64,000 bases of DNA from positions 186,001-250,000 of the forward strand of contig JBEUKZ010000031.1 of assembly GCA_048128005.1 (NCBI GenBank). Reading direction: 5' to 3'. Position numbers and translations under genes: made by a program. The notes under the pieces were generated by a model. That model searched no databases and was not told where the DNA came from. It saw only the letters and a list, made by a program, of their open reading frames with translations. The number at the start of each line of letters is the position of its first letter. Position 1 is the stretch's first letter. Of this stretch, positions 38,989-51,600 are shown piece by piece. This stretch comes from Veleropilina oligotropha (taxonomy: Eukaryota).

Positions 38989-41358
38989 CAATGTCGATGA
39001 TGTAAAGCTAGTCTTGTATCTAATTTTAATATCGGCTCTTAAATACGTCGTTTGCACGGCTGTTGACAGATATTTTGTTTGAAAAGGTTTCATCTTCCGG
39101 AATACGGGCAAGGGAACCAAAGATACCATATTAGTTAAATCTAATGAAAACCAAAACCTGTATTCTTTGTCATCGCATAAATTTGAGGCTTCAAAAGTCA
39201 CGCTCGTGTTAAAGTCGCGGATGAACAAAAACAAGCATCCAGCGTGTAGATGTATAGATCTTGTATATAAACCGAAATTTTTGGAAACCGAAATTGCACG
39301 AATTTTGTCAGTCGATATTGAACGAGGGGAACATGAACGATTGTCACATATGCAAATATTATCCAATGCAGTTAGAGGAGAACAGTTTGACGTGAAGTTG
39401 TTCGACTTAAAATGAGTCAAACGAGCATATCGATAACCGGCTTCATCGTACATTGTATCGACACTGACTTGAAACTTTATAATGTCATAGCGCGTGTCGT
39501 ATTGCCAAGATGGCACATGAATGATCATGGACGTACGGAGCCTGTCTGGCAATGTTTTTATCTCAACGTTCATGAACTTTACACCTTTCAGTTTTTGGCA
39601 TATCGCAAACGAGGGCATTGCGAATGGACGAAATCCCTCGGTATCATTGGCAAATGCATCTTGTATTAAATTGTTCATTTGTCCAAGAGCGAATTCGGCA
39701 TATCCCACTTGAATAGAATCGTTATTAAATTGTGACTGCATTCCGATACATATACACAGAACAGGCGCTCGTAATTTGACATCACTGCACGTTATACTAT
39801 CTAGGCGTGTTGTAAGAAAATCTTCGCGTTTCTCACGATGTCTCGCGTGATCATAGTTATCTGGCAAACATATTCCTCCACGTGACATAACTTCCAGCAA
39901 AGCATCATGCACATCATACATGGTTATCAGTTGATTTGTATTGTACACCATGTCGTCAGAAATACACATTGGTAGTTTGCTTGAAACTATGTATAAAAAT
40001 GGATTAAATATATCAGTATTCGCAAACAACGACTCACGCATATGCGATTTAAATATATCATCAATATCACTTAGTAAGACAACTAATCCGCCTATTTTCA
40101 TTTGATCACGAAGAAATACATTTAGACTCTGATCTAAATAGTCCGTGTCGTCTTGGTCATCGAAATCCAATTTGTTTAAGAATGAAAATGTCATGACTTT
40201 CGTATTTGTTATTAAATTGAGGTGATCAAATAATCCGAACGGCGATCGATAACGCTTTGTGGTGTTTTTCTCCATTGCTGACGCGCAGATACCATTCATA
40301 GTCGTAGGCATTGCAAATGTATCTACCGAGGCTGCCCTGCACAACCTGTAGGACATGTTGTCTTTTACTATGTGGTCACATTCTGGTATTGACTCGGACA
40401 ACACCGTCGTTCTCGAGTGTGAAGGTATACAGTTGTGATCGAAAATCTTCATTTTAAATCCTGCGTTCGTCGCCGCCTGTTTCAAAGAAGATTTCTTTGA
40501 TTTTAATCTGTTCGTGTTTTGTCCCTCGAAAATATTTCGAATATTATCATTTTCAAAAACGCTGATACTTTGATATTTTTTATAATCAAGAGTTAATTGA
40601 CGATCGTTATACTCTGCCAATATTTTTGAAGTTTCAGGAAGGTATCGCATAAAACCATTTCGAGACATAAACCTAATGTATATTATATGGATAACACTTT
40701 GCTTAAAGTTGGAATATGTGTTATGAATCACATCGTCATATTGGTGAATTACTTGTATATTCCAAGACAACGATTCTGACACGTGATCTTCACTTGCGCA
40801 ACCAACAAGTATATTATTTCCTGTCAAACTAGAGTGAAAACGAATGAGATTTTCAAGCACAATTTGAACTTCTTGTATGGTGTCTACATTTCGCTCGCCA
40901 ATCTGTGATTTCTCCTTGTCGTAGTACAAAATTACATATTTCTGGCACTTGACTCGAGCACATGTTGCTGTCCATGACTCGGTTAAACTGTCTTCTTTTA
41001 AGATACAAAGCGTTTGGTCTGAGCGAGAAAAATTAAAATTTTTCACTTTCTTTTGGTTGATGTGCAAGAGTTCAATAATGTTTTCATCAGAAGGAGGCAC
41101 CAGTTGACATAGATCTTCTACAGGACTGAAGAAATCCGCTGATCTTCGAAACCGTCCGTTATTCTTTACTGATGTTATATCGTTTTTCGCTATAGATTGC
41201 CTGTTTTGGATGAACATGGCAGCATATATAAAACATGCTATAGTGGTACTTATCGCTGCCACAAATGCAAATTGGCACCATGACGACCATGTATTCCACG
41301 CCATTTTAATATTCCTGCAACGACAATTGTAATTAGATATAAGCTGGTCGTCTATCAT
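38986..41358 (-). CDS. Type II membrane / secreted DUF229-like (alkaline phosphatase superfamily) protein, single coding exon
   Basis: Intact 790-codon ORF in TE-rich DNA; likely start at 41304 (aaaATGG). N-terminal TM helix, RFRR furin-like site, and DUF229-like motifs (SRNGFMRYLPET, YQSI, LVVLLSD, NPFLYI, NQLITMYDVHDAL, TC...LCIC). Cys-rich C-terminus. Confidence 0.8.
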   Translation of the reverse strand: MIDDQLISNYNCRCRNIKMAWNTWSSWCQFAFVAAISTTIACFIYAAMFIQNRQSIAKNDITSVKNNGRFRRSADFFSPVEDLCQLVPPSDENIIELLHINQKKVKNFNFSRSDQTLCILKEDSLTESWTATCARVKCQKYVILYYDKEKSQIGERNVDTIQEVQIVLENLIRFHSSLTGNNILVGCASEDHVSESLSWNIQVIHQYDDVIHNTYSNFKQSVIHIIYIRFMSRNGFMRYLPETSKILAEYNDRQLTLDYKKYQSISVFENDNIRNIFEGQNTNRLKSKKSSLKQAATNAGFKMKIFDHNCIPSHSRTTVLSESIPECDHIVKDNMSYRLCRAASVDTFAMPTTMNGICASAMEKNTTKRYRSPFGLFDHLNLITNTKVMTFSFLNKLDFDDQDDTDYLDQSLNVFLRDQMKIGGLVVLLSDIDDIFKSHMRESLFANTDIFNPFLYIVSSKLPMCISDDMVYNTNQLITMYDVHDALLEVMSRGGICLPDNYDHARHREKREDFLTTRLDSITCSDVKLRAPVLCICIGMQSQFNNDSIQVGYAEFALGQMNNLIQDAFANDTEGFRPFAMPSFAICQKLKGVKFMNVEIKTLPDRLRTSMIIHVPSWQYDTRYDIIKFQVSVDTMYDEAGYRYARLTHFKSNNFTSNCSPLTALDNICICDNRSCSPRSISTDKIRAISVSKNFGLYTRSIHLHAGCLFLFIRDFNTSVTFEASNLCDDKEYRFWFSLDLTNMVSLVPLPVFRKMKPFQTKYLSTAVQTTYLRADIKIRYKTSFTSSTL

Positions 41359-42839
41359 ACGTAACGCAATAAAATAAAATGAAAATCGGTCACTATAGAA
41401 CTTGACGACGATATCGATTAGAATAAGGGCTCGCGATAATACATACTTTTATCAACGCACTGCCAACACAAGCTAATTATGGAAATTAAAACATTGCGAT
41501 GGCAGGCGCTTCCTGTTCTAATCCAGACAGAGGGCCGTCGTCTGTTTATCAGCATTTGTCCTCCCCCACTTAACGGTCTGAGCTAGCAGGATCTGAAATG
41601 TATAAAAACAGCTGACATTTTAATCATGATCTCGATGCGGCGTTATTGCATCGTGATTGTTAAATACTAAATGTTTACCTACAATGTATAAATAGAAGTT
41701 TTTTGCATTCGCTATGAGGTTATGCTAAAAGAAGCGTTGAACAAGGATTAGTCGCATGCTTATTTACCGTCTCTTCAGATTGCAATTCTGAAATACATAA
41801 AATGCATTTAATATTTTTATATAAATTTTATAGAACATGCGTCAGCAACAATATATTTATAAGCATACCTACCCACAAATATTATCAAAATATCGTTAGC
41901 AATCCATCTACTTTTTGATTGCAATTTAAGACACTGATTTCTTGAAATCTCCACTACATATCTGCCAATATTAGCTATACTTACACTCTTTAAAAGAACT
42001 CCGCAAGATGAAAGCGATTTTTGATACTTAATGGAAGGCGAATCGACCTAAGTTTGTTAGCCATGAACCAGATGAGAGCTATCTCCATATGACTCGTGCA
42101 GAGACATTTGTGAGAGATGCTATATGGAGAAATCTTATTATTTTTATACCAGGATTCCGATAATCGATAGCCGCTTACGACCTTGGAAATGTCACACAAC
42201 AATACCGGTTTGAGTTCTTTTATCATGATGTCAGACCTCTTTCCTGTCGTATTAATTGAAAACGATATGCAGCTAGATTCCGATTCCATGTCACTGTTGA
42301 AAATAAAAGGGCCAATATAGAATTGACAGCAATATATAAGCACTAATTTTTAAATCTATTCAGATTGAATTTTGAGACTTAATCACCATTTTAATACATG
42401 ATAATTTGAAACATTATACATTTGACATCTACAGGCAATTACTGATATTTGAATATGAATGACAACATATATGAACTATTACTTATGCATCAATATCCGA
42501 TCCCGGTGAATTCCCTTGGGCAAGGAATAAGCGTAGATTTGGCTCAGTTTGATCCAACCGATCTATGTGGATACCTGATTGGCAGTGGCGGAAATTGTCA
42601 GGATGACACAAGTATGGAGCGCCGAAATGGCAGCTCGGCTGTAATACTCTTAGAGAGTTTAGATGGAATCTAGAATATATAGAACAGACCGGAAAACAGG
42701 AAATAATAATGGTGTAACACTTCGAGCAAACAGTCGTGCGTGAAATAAAGGCAATACAAGAAGTCTCCATTATTGTTTCATTTTATTTATTCCCATATTA
42801 TATACGAACTTGCCTCCCAGGTAGTCATTTGGCATCGAG

Positions 42840-43692
42840 AGCCGACTCTGATATCACTGACTCGATAGCGCTAACTAACAGGAGTGGGTTTGGATCTCGA
42901 CTCGGGCATTCTTTGTTCAGTTATCAATGGCTGTTGCCCGTAACTGATCGGAGACGGCGGGTTTCCTCGGGCGATCGGCCTTTCCCCCCGTAATAATATT
43001 ATTATTATTATTATTATATACCATATTTATAAAGCGCTCTTTTCATACATAAAAGCACGTTCAAAAGCACTGTACATCACATATATTATATTAATAAACA
43101 TATTTACACATCGTCATATAAAATAAAGCCTTGAGTAATACAATATTTACTGAAATAAGATTATAACAGTAAAAAAAACAGTTGACTAGTCAATGGCACA
43201 GCGAATATAGAATGGGAATGAGTATATTTAGATACCAAAGTGTAAAGAAAATAAATGAGTCTTTAGTAGAATTTTAAAAGTGTTCAGAGTGTTTGCTTCC
43301 CGAATATTACGGGGCAGGGAATTCCATAATTTGGCGGATGAAAGTTTAAATTGTCGATCGCCATAATATGAAGTTCTAGATCTTGGAACAACGAGGGTCA
43401 GAGAATCTTCGGATCGCAATGATCTCCTCGGTTGATATACGTTCAGCATGTCTGTGATATATGCCGGTGCTTTGTTATGTAGAGCTTTGAACGTATGCGT
43501 CAGAATCTTAAATTGTATGCGTCTGTTGACAGGGAGCCAGTGTAAATCCTTCAGAACAGGGGTGATATGGTTTTGGCGGGATGTTCTGGTTATTATCCTT
43601 GCAGCCATATTTTGGACGCGTTGCATTTGACCCGATTCTCTTGCCTCGAACATGATGGCTGTAAATATACAGGACATCAATCATTCCTTCCA
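42840..43692 (+). mobile_element. SINE copy split by an L2 insertion
   Basis: SINE 5' part at ~42840-42995 and SINE tail (gtaaatatacaggacatcaatcattcc) at ~43640-43692. Confidence 0.65.
42992..43632 (-). mobile_element. L2-clade LINE 3' end
   Basis: QRVQNMAARII...HITPVLKDLHWLPV...APAYI...RSLRS...LWNSLP...FKxxLKTHLF. 3'UTR with agcgctttataaat and a (TAA)n tail. Confidence 0.88.
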
Positions 43693-44619
43693 TCCATACA
43701 AACTGTAAGAAAAGTAAGTAAAATAAGATAAAATAGTTTTCATCCGATCTCTACGGGTATATCGGTGAATGTAATCCCTTCTGACATTTAGGCCGCCTAC
43801 CATCCAGTTCTACGCCATTCGGCGTACAACGCCAGATAACAATCACCATGTACTCGTCGAGACCGGAAAACACCTTGTAATATCACATTTAACGTCAACT
43901 TCTGCTGCAAGACGTCATGAATTAGGTTTCTGTTTGTTGATGGAGATAATCAACTATTTGTCGTAATCTTTATATATTATGATCGTATATATGATGATGT
44001 TGTACGTGATCACACTCAGCGTTTCAAAAATTCAGTTTAATTTGCCTTTAGAATTAGTCATAAAGTGCAATATTGAAAGGAAAGCAACTTTAAAAAAATA
44101 AAACCGATATCTTGCTGCCGACTTGCATCGTCTCGTTTATCCTGTGATACATAGGGCCTACAATGACCTTGAATCTGAACAATAGAACTCGTAGTGTCAG
44201 TTGGCAGATGTGTCATTGCTCCATGTAATTGCGCAAACAGTGGTATTAACGTGGGTCGTACCTGGCAGTTGTCCTTAGCAAAGGAATTGACAAGGTGCAA
44301 GACTCCTTTAAATGGAAGAGTCTGCTGTTGCATATCGCGGCAATGGGGTGATATCATAGAAAATTCCATGTTTTAAGAAGTTACAGCTTGCAATTTACAA
44401 TAGATTTTCATGGTAGGCATATATATGGCAGATAATACACTGACACCCCTCAGCGATATCCATATAACGCCCATTGCTGTCGCTAGATACGTTATGCTTG
44501 ATGTTTATATGTTTAAAATACTTGAAAATAATGAAAATAATAAACAGCTTTCACCAGTTCGCTTTCAAACGAATGTCTGTATAAATGCCTTACATAATCT
44601 GCGATTGGTTATAACGTCT

Positions 44620-44875
44620 GGAAAAGGAATGGATCGGTGCTTAATACCCTATATATATACATTTACAACCATCATGTTCAAAGCAAGACATGTCCATGTT
44701 ATCGCGGGAGAAAAGACAGGTCGACCGGGGAAACCCGCCCTCTCCGACCACTTACAGACAACTGTGATTCATAACTGAACAAATAATTCCATGAAAAACC
44801 GAAATTCGAACTCACCACTGTTCGTATCAGCGGAATCAAGTCTGCAACCGAAACCATACGAATGACGGAACGGAC
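44620..44875 (-). mobile_element. tRNA-derived SINE copy
   Basis: Reverse-complement match to the family consensus. Confidence 0.75.
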
Positions 44876-45789
44876 AGATTGGTTTAAGAGTAACAAATTA
44901 TCTTATATTTTCAAGATAATTCATTAATTTCAAAATTGTGAAAATTGAATAAATTTTAGGAGAAATCAACTTAATTTTAATGGACGCGTTATTATCGATA
45001 CATCGATGCAGACAGACTCGCATACATTTTTCATGATATTATGAACTTTTGTTTACTCGTTAATATTTTTATAAAATAAATGTTATAATTTAGGGCGATA
45101 GTGCCTTAACAGGAACAGTCAGCTATTAACTCCGTTGTCGCACTTTCTCATTATATTATGTATATGTTATGTATGTACATTTGATGTACCTATACTGAAT
45201 TATTTAATTAATAAAATGTTTCAAAATATGCCACCATACAATGGTCATCATAATATTACAAGCTAATGACACCGTAATCATGGCATTATCACAATATATG
45301 GGCGAAATATTGATTTATTCTTTGAATAAATGATTCTTCAATTTAAAGACAAACAGGCTGGTCGAAGACCACAAAGAGTGCACCAGTTTATTCTTCGACA
45401 GATTTCTATAAACTGATCGAAATAAGACCCTGGTTCGGTGATCGTATAGATCTATCGGTCTGGTGCGGGTGAATTACTTCTTTTAAATATTGCGGGAACT
45501 TGTTGCTCTTTGACTTTAACAGAACTAAAGTACTTTAAATTGTATCCTTCGAAATAAGGGGAGCCAGCGAAAATCACGGAGAACGGAAGGGGGATTTGAT
45601 GAAGAGTCCACTTCTTGTCTCATTATGAGGGCTACGTTTTGTATTCTCTGAAGCTCTTGCACGATGGTTGGCCACCTAGAAGGTAATTATTGCAGTTGTC
45701 CAATCTATATAATAATTATTATGTTGACTGCATGAGCTAGCTCGGTCGTGATCATCATCAGAATCGTAGTCTATATGGAGGCCGTTGGT

Positions 45790-46420
45790 GCATAATTTGA
45801 ACGCATCCTCTATCCAGCCTCTTCTGCCATCAGCCCTTCTCATAATCTCCGCCACATCCCTCCACGGCCACCACTTTTGATCACCCATCCGCACCCACCT
45901 CATTATGCACAGCTCTCTTCTCCCAATTACCACTCCATTAAATTTTAATATGTGTTTTCTTTGGTGCCACATTTTCTCCTCTCATGCAAGAACCATCTTA
46001 GTTTCTGTGTTTTGAAGATGTTGAAATGACTTGCAAACTGTACATAACAAATTCATTTGTTTCCTTTGATTCCACGTTATCCATAGGTTTCTCCTTCGGT
46101 ACTACACATCAATACCAAGGTCTCGCATCCATATATCTTTCTTGATGTCACAATTTCTCGCAGTAACTAGATCTTTATTCTGGTGCAATATTTTCTCTCC
46201 TGACATTTTATTCATGTCCATTGCAGACGTTGTGCCCTCAATTCGTGCTCTTGTTCAATTGATAGATGTTAAATCCTCTGTGATGGTGGATCCGATGTAT
46301 TAAAATGATCGACTCGTTATATTACTCTCCTTTGATCATGATCGGATTAAATGGAATTTGACCTAAGGTTTTTTCAGTTAATTGACCTTTCTCTCAAACG
46401 AGGCGAGTAATTGAAGCAGT
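45790..46420 (-). mobile_element. Degraded RTE LINE C-terminal fragment
   Basis: FxYIGSTITED...ARI and KLRWF-type motifs with stops and frameshifts. Confidence 0.55.
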
Positions 46421-46696
46421 TTAGATTGTACAAACAATTGGTTATTGGACCGATACTTGCTGGACACCACAGATCGGTTGTTGTTGGTCTGAACTCATCT
46501 TACCGTAGAATGTGAACCATTTGAGTATTAAGTTGCAGATGTCGATATCCTTCATCGCTGATACCAGATGCTGGTGACCCACGTAGCAGTTGCGATACGT
46601 CATTACTGTGTGACGTCATGCATTTGTGCAACGTACCGTAACCATCGCGGCGTTGTTCGGCCCTTATAATTCCAGAGCAATCTGGAAACACATCTT

Positions 46697-47310
46697 TGAT
46701 TTGATTTGATTTATTTGGCACAATATCAGCATAATACATGAGACACATTAATGTACATATAAACAATACATAGTAACAACACAAGGATACGACAGAAACA
46801 AAGTACTGCATGAAAACAACTTATTTCCATTGTGGTCCTCACATATATATGAAATGATACATGCAAAATATAAAATATCACAGGAAATATATATACATAA
46901 ACAAGTTTACCGTTGATCAATAAAATGTAAATTGACTAGATTCCTGTAAACATAAACAGTTATAGATAAAACACTTTGCTCTTTTCTTAAAATCTGGTAA
47001 TGTTCGACATGGGTTCTTTAGGTTTACAGGAAGATCATTATATAAAATAGCAACAGTTATGAAAAACGATGATTTGCCATATGTACCATGATGAGGAATG
47101 GCAAATGAATTTTGACTCGAACGAGTATTATGAGAATGACGTCTATCTGTGCAAAGGAAATTATCGGAAAGATACGACGGTGCCTGGCCATCCAACATTC
47201 TGTAAACATGATTTAACTTTAATTGTTGTACTCTTTGTTCAATAGGGAGCCATCCTAGGGTTTTTAAATGCTCTGTAGATAAATGAGTTCTCGGTTGTAA
47301 ATTTAAAGTA
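46697..47310 (-). mobile_element. L2/Crack-type LINE 3' end
   Basis: LGWLPIEQRVQQLKL...APSYL...HSHNTRSS...YNDLP...FKK. aataaa followed by a (tcaaa)n tail. Confidence 0.8.
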
Positions 47311-48656
47311 AATCAGACCATTTTGTAATGCAATTCACATGCAATTCACCCATATCGGCGAGCGAAATGGTCTCTCATCATACAAGGTCGTTTTCGGGTA
47401 ACCAGCTCATGATATCAAGACGGATATACATCTCATGATACACATTACATGCTACCGGCACTCAGGCCACGGTCGCGTTGATCTGCCATGCTGAGGCGCG
47501 ACAGGGCGACTGGCCGTGCGATTGAGTTCATGAAGATTGTATTTTACTTTCCGGACTCTGCTTCTGTAATGCCACGCTTAATTAATATTTCAAAGTCATG
47601 TAGCCTACTTTTAAGAAACTTCCTAATCCATTCCACAAGGTAGTGTTATACCCAGTTTTAATACAAAATAACGAACGATACATATATATGATTTTGCGCT
47701 TTTATAGTTGATCATCAGAGTCTGCATGGATTCTAGTTATTGGCATTACCATGATGCGATATAATTTGACGAATAAAATTATCAACATCAAATGTATGTT
47801 ACTTTTACCATTCAAATATCACGCAGTCCCTAAATCTTCGCCATAATTATATACCGATTATCATAAAAAGACTTTACAATAATGTTTCATTGATATAAAA
47901 TTATTTTATGCTTATCTCAAATTTTCTGTTCTACCATTTGTCCTATTTCGATCTAGTCAACACTTCCAATTATGTCTGGAGCGCCCTTGGTGTCATCTTA
48001 CTTGATGTATTGATTGGAACACGAAACGCGAGTAAAGCAGATCATAATTGAACATTTTCCATCCTACGATTCATAATCACTTGATAGTTTGATATAGATG
48101 CTGCACAACCATCATCTCATAATTATGTTAACCGTGCCTATAACATTAGCTATGAACACATAGAATGGTATAATTTAAAGAAATCTTAGCATCGTGTTCT
48201 GTGACTGAAGTTAATTCCATAACCGATAGCAGATAATAGGTAACATATACGATACGTCGGATATGATGCTCGGGGAAGCCTGTTGTATTGTCTGTAGGCC
48301 TACAGTCAATTTATAAATTCTAAGAACTAATAAGGCAGCTTGCGTAGGCACTGATAATACGAGTGAAAGCAATATTAAAAAATCCAACAAGATCACATAC
48401 CTAGAAGTACATGCGATGTCTAAAACTCATTATAATAACAACAATATAAATGGTCATTTTAAGTGTCACTTGGGTGAATCAATAACAATATCGATTACAA
48501 ATAAATTGTGTAGGTTACGCTGTAATTATCACATCAAATAGGCCAATAGTATCAACCAAATTAATGCTTAATAACTTATTCCTGGCCTTTTCGATTGAGA
48601 ATACAATAATTATAAAAATGGTCCATAAACTCATTTTCAATTACAATCTTATATAC

Positions 48657-51600
48657 ATTGATTGAATTGATATTTAATGATCATGCCAACAATATTTCAG
48701 TCGTAATCGGGTCTATAGACTTGAAATGCTAAAATTACCTGATATATTTGAAACAGTATTCACTTTTACATACGAGACATATACAATTAAATCAATATAA
48801 ATATAAATTTGCATATAATTTGTTGCCAGCAGATTTGCAAAAGGGTTAAAGTTTGTAAAATATATTGGTATATACGAAAAGGTATAAAAGTAAAAGGATT
48901 AAAGATAGTAAAAAATGTTAGCTTCTTTAAAAAAGCAAAAATGACATCAACTTTAAAATTACTAAATAGTTCTTGAAGTGATAATGCCTAAAATATTTTT
49001 GATATATTGGGTGGGACTATATCAACGCATTCGAATAATGTTTAACTGTTAGGTTAGAAGCACAAGGAATACACTCATGCAAGTGGTGGCTCTACTTTTA
49101 GAAAGTAGGAGTGAGTGTTGTGACAATGTCCAATACGCAATCTCGCCAAGACGACCTCTTCACGGCGTATGGACTTGTAAGAGGAGCTCCATTCACCAAG
49201 AAGAGGTCAGGCATTCTGCAGTTTATTCCAAGTGCAATCATATCATCCCAATAACGTTGCCAAGTAGTTTGAATGTGCTTATTTAAAATCTGAATGTGGT
49301 ATTTTTCAATTTATGGACTGGTTAATATGCAAAGCTGATTTTGCTGCTTTATCAGACCTTTCATTGCCTTCGATGCCAGTATGGCTCGGTATCCAGCACA
49401 ATATTATGTCATTTTTCTTTAATATATTATTATATTTTAGCATTAAATGTTGTATCAGTACATATCTATTTGCCCCCCCCCCCCACCCCCCAATGCTTGT
49501 AGGCTCGAGAGGGGATCTGAATAAATGATTGACCGGTTTTTAGTACTATCACGGATAAAATCAAATCCTAATCAATTGCCTTTAATTCAGATGTAAATAC
49601 AGTGGCGCCACCCGGCAGACGGATCCGAAAATAGTTTCTGCCGGTAACAGTCGCAGCACGACACGATCCCCATGCTTTGAACCATCAGTGTATATGCTTA
49701 TTCAATCATAACATTTTAGTTTAGATAAGTATGCAGTTATGTTGTCCGTGTCTGATTTTTAAGTTCTGTGAGTTCAAGGTCGATTATTGGTGATATTATT
49801 GTCCATGGTGGTGTATTGGAAATATAATATAATTCCATTTGATCTATATGTATGCCTGAATGTTCCAATGCTGGTTTTATGCGGATGCCAAATGGTGAAA
49901 TAAATTTTCGTAATTCGGTGAGAAAACGGTTTTGAAAGCTGCGTTGGATGGATTTGATTTTAATTTGATAGCATATTGTAATGACAAATTCAGGTGTCTG
50001 TGAATAAGTGATGGTTCATTTGCTTCGACGTAGTGGCTTTCCATGGATGATGTGCGGAAGGCCCCTAAAGCAAGACGAAGCTCTTGGTTATGGATGGGAT
50101 CCAGTGTTTTGAGGTAAGACTGTCGAGCAGAGCCATATACAATGTTTCATAATCAAGTTTAGATCAAATTAATGCTCTATACAATCTCAGTAAAACTCTC
50201 CTATCTGCACCCCAATCGGTATTAGAAACGACTTTCATTAAATTTAGAGCCTTATGGCATTTCACTTTATCATATTTTATATAAGGTAAAAAGTTCAGTT
50301 TATGGTCAAATATCAGTCCTAAAAATTTAAATTGTCTACTAATGAGATGGTGTGATTATCCAGTTTTAGTACTGGGCGTTTGAAAAATTGCATGCACTTG
50401 GCTTTGTCTTTTGAAAATTTAAAACCATTCTCATCAGACCAATTTTGTAATTTATTTAAGCCATGCTGTAGTTGTCGTTCGATACTGTTCATATTAGTTG
50501 AACGATAGCAAATGTCGAAATCATCAACAAATAGTGTGCAGTCTGTATTGACACTAATACACTTCACAAGTCTGTTAATTTTAATGCTGAATAGGGTGCC
50601 TGATAAAATAGTTCCTTGAGGAACACTCATCTCCTGGTCGTGGAAATCGGTGAGGGTGTCACCCACCTTGACTTTAAAAATACTGTCCTCAAGGAAGCTA
50701 GATATAAAAGTAGGCAAATGAACCTTTAGGCCTATATCAAACAAATCCTGCATCATACCGTACTTCCACGCAGTGTCGTTAGCCTTCTCTAATTCAAAGT
50801 AAGCTGCAACAAGGTGTTGTTTATTTACGAAACGCACCAAATGATCTATTGTGCTCCGGTTACGGCGGAAACCGCATTGGTATTCTGTTAATAAGTTATT
50901 TGATTTTAAATACCAAACTAATATCTCGTTTATCATCCGTTCCATTGTTTTGTATATGCAGCTGGTGTGGGCTATTTGTCTATTGCATGTGCAAGGTCTT
51001 TTCCAGGTTTACCAATGGAGATAACGTTGGCTACCCTCCATGATGGAGGGAAGCTTCCAGTTTTCTATATATTGTTGAATAACGCAAGTACGGTTGTAAG
51101 ATATGTTTTAGATAGGTGCTTTAGAAGTTGATAGCGAATATTATCAGGACCAGCCAATGTGTCGTGTGCCTTATTGAGTAAGTTGATGAGTTCTTGTATT
51201 GAAAAGGGTTGGTTGTAGGATTCTGAATTATTTGATAAAAAATTGAGCCTTTTCTTTTATTTCCGAATTTGAATTAAGATGTGCAGTTTTCAGATGATGA
51301 GATGGCTGAAAAGGCAGTATGCCACAGTTTTGCAATGTCTTTTGGGGAAGTAGCTTCTGTTGTATTTGATTTGAGGTGATTAATGCAAGTGGATGTTTGT
51401 TTACCGTTTATTTTACGGATCATATCCCATGTCTTTTTAACGGATGAACGAGAGTTTAGTTTGGCAACATAAGTTTGCTCGGATTTTCTTTTGCTTTCCT
51501 TAATGGTTCGTCCCGTTTGTCGCTCTAAAATTGTATATTCGTTTAAGTTTTCTATTGTCGGATGTTGTTTGAGTTTAGAAATATAAAGTTTGCGTTCCTT

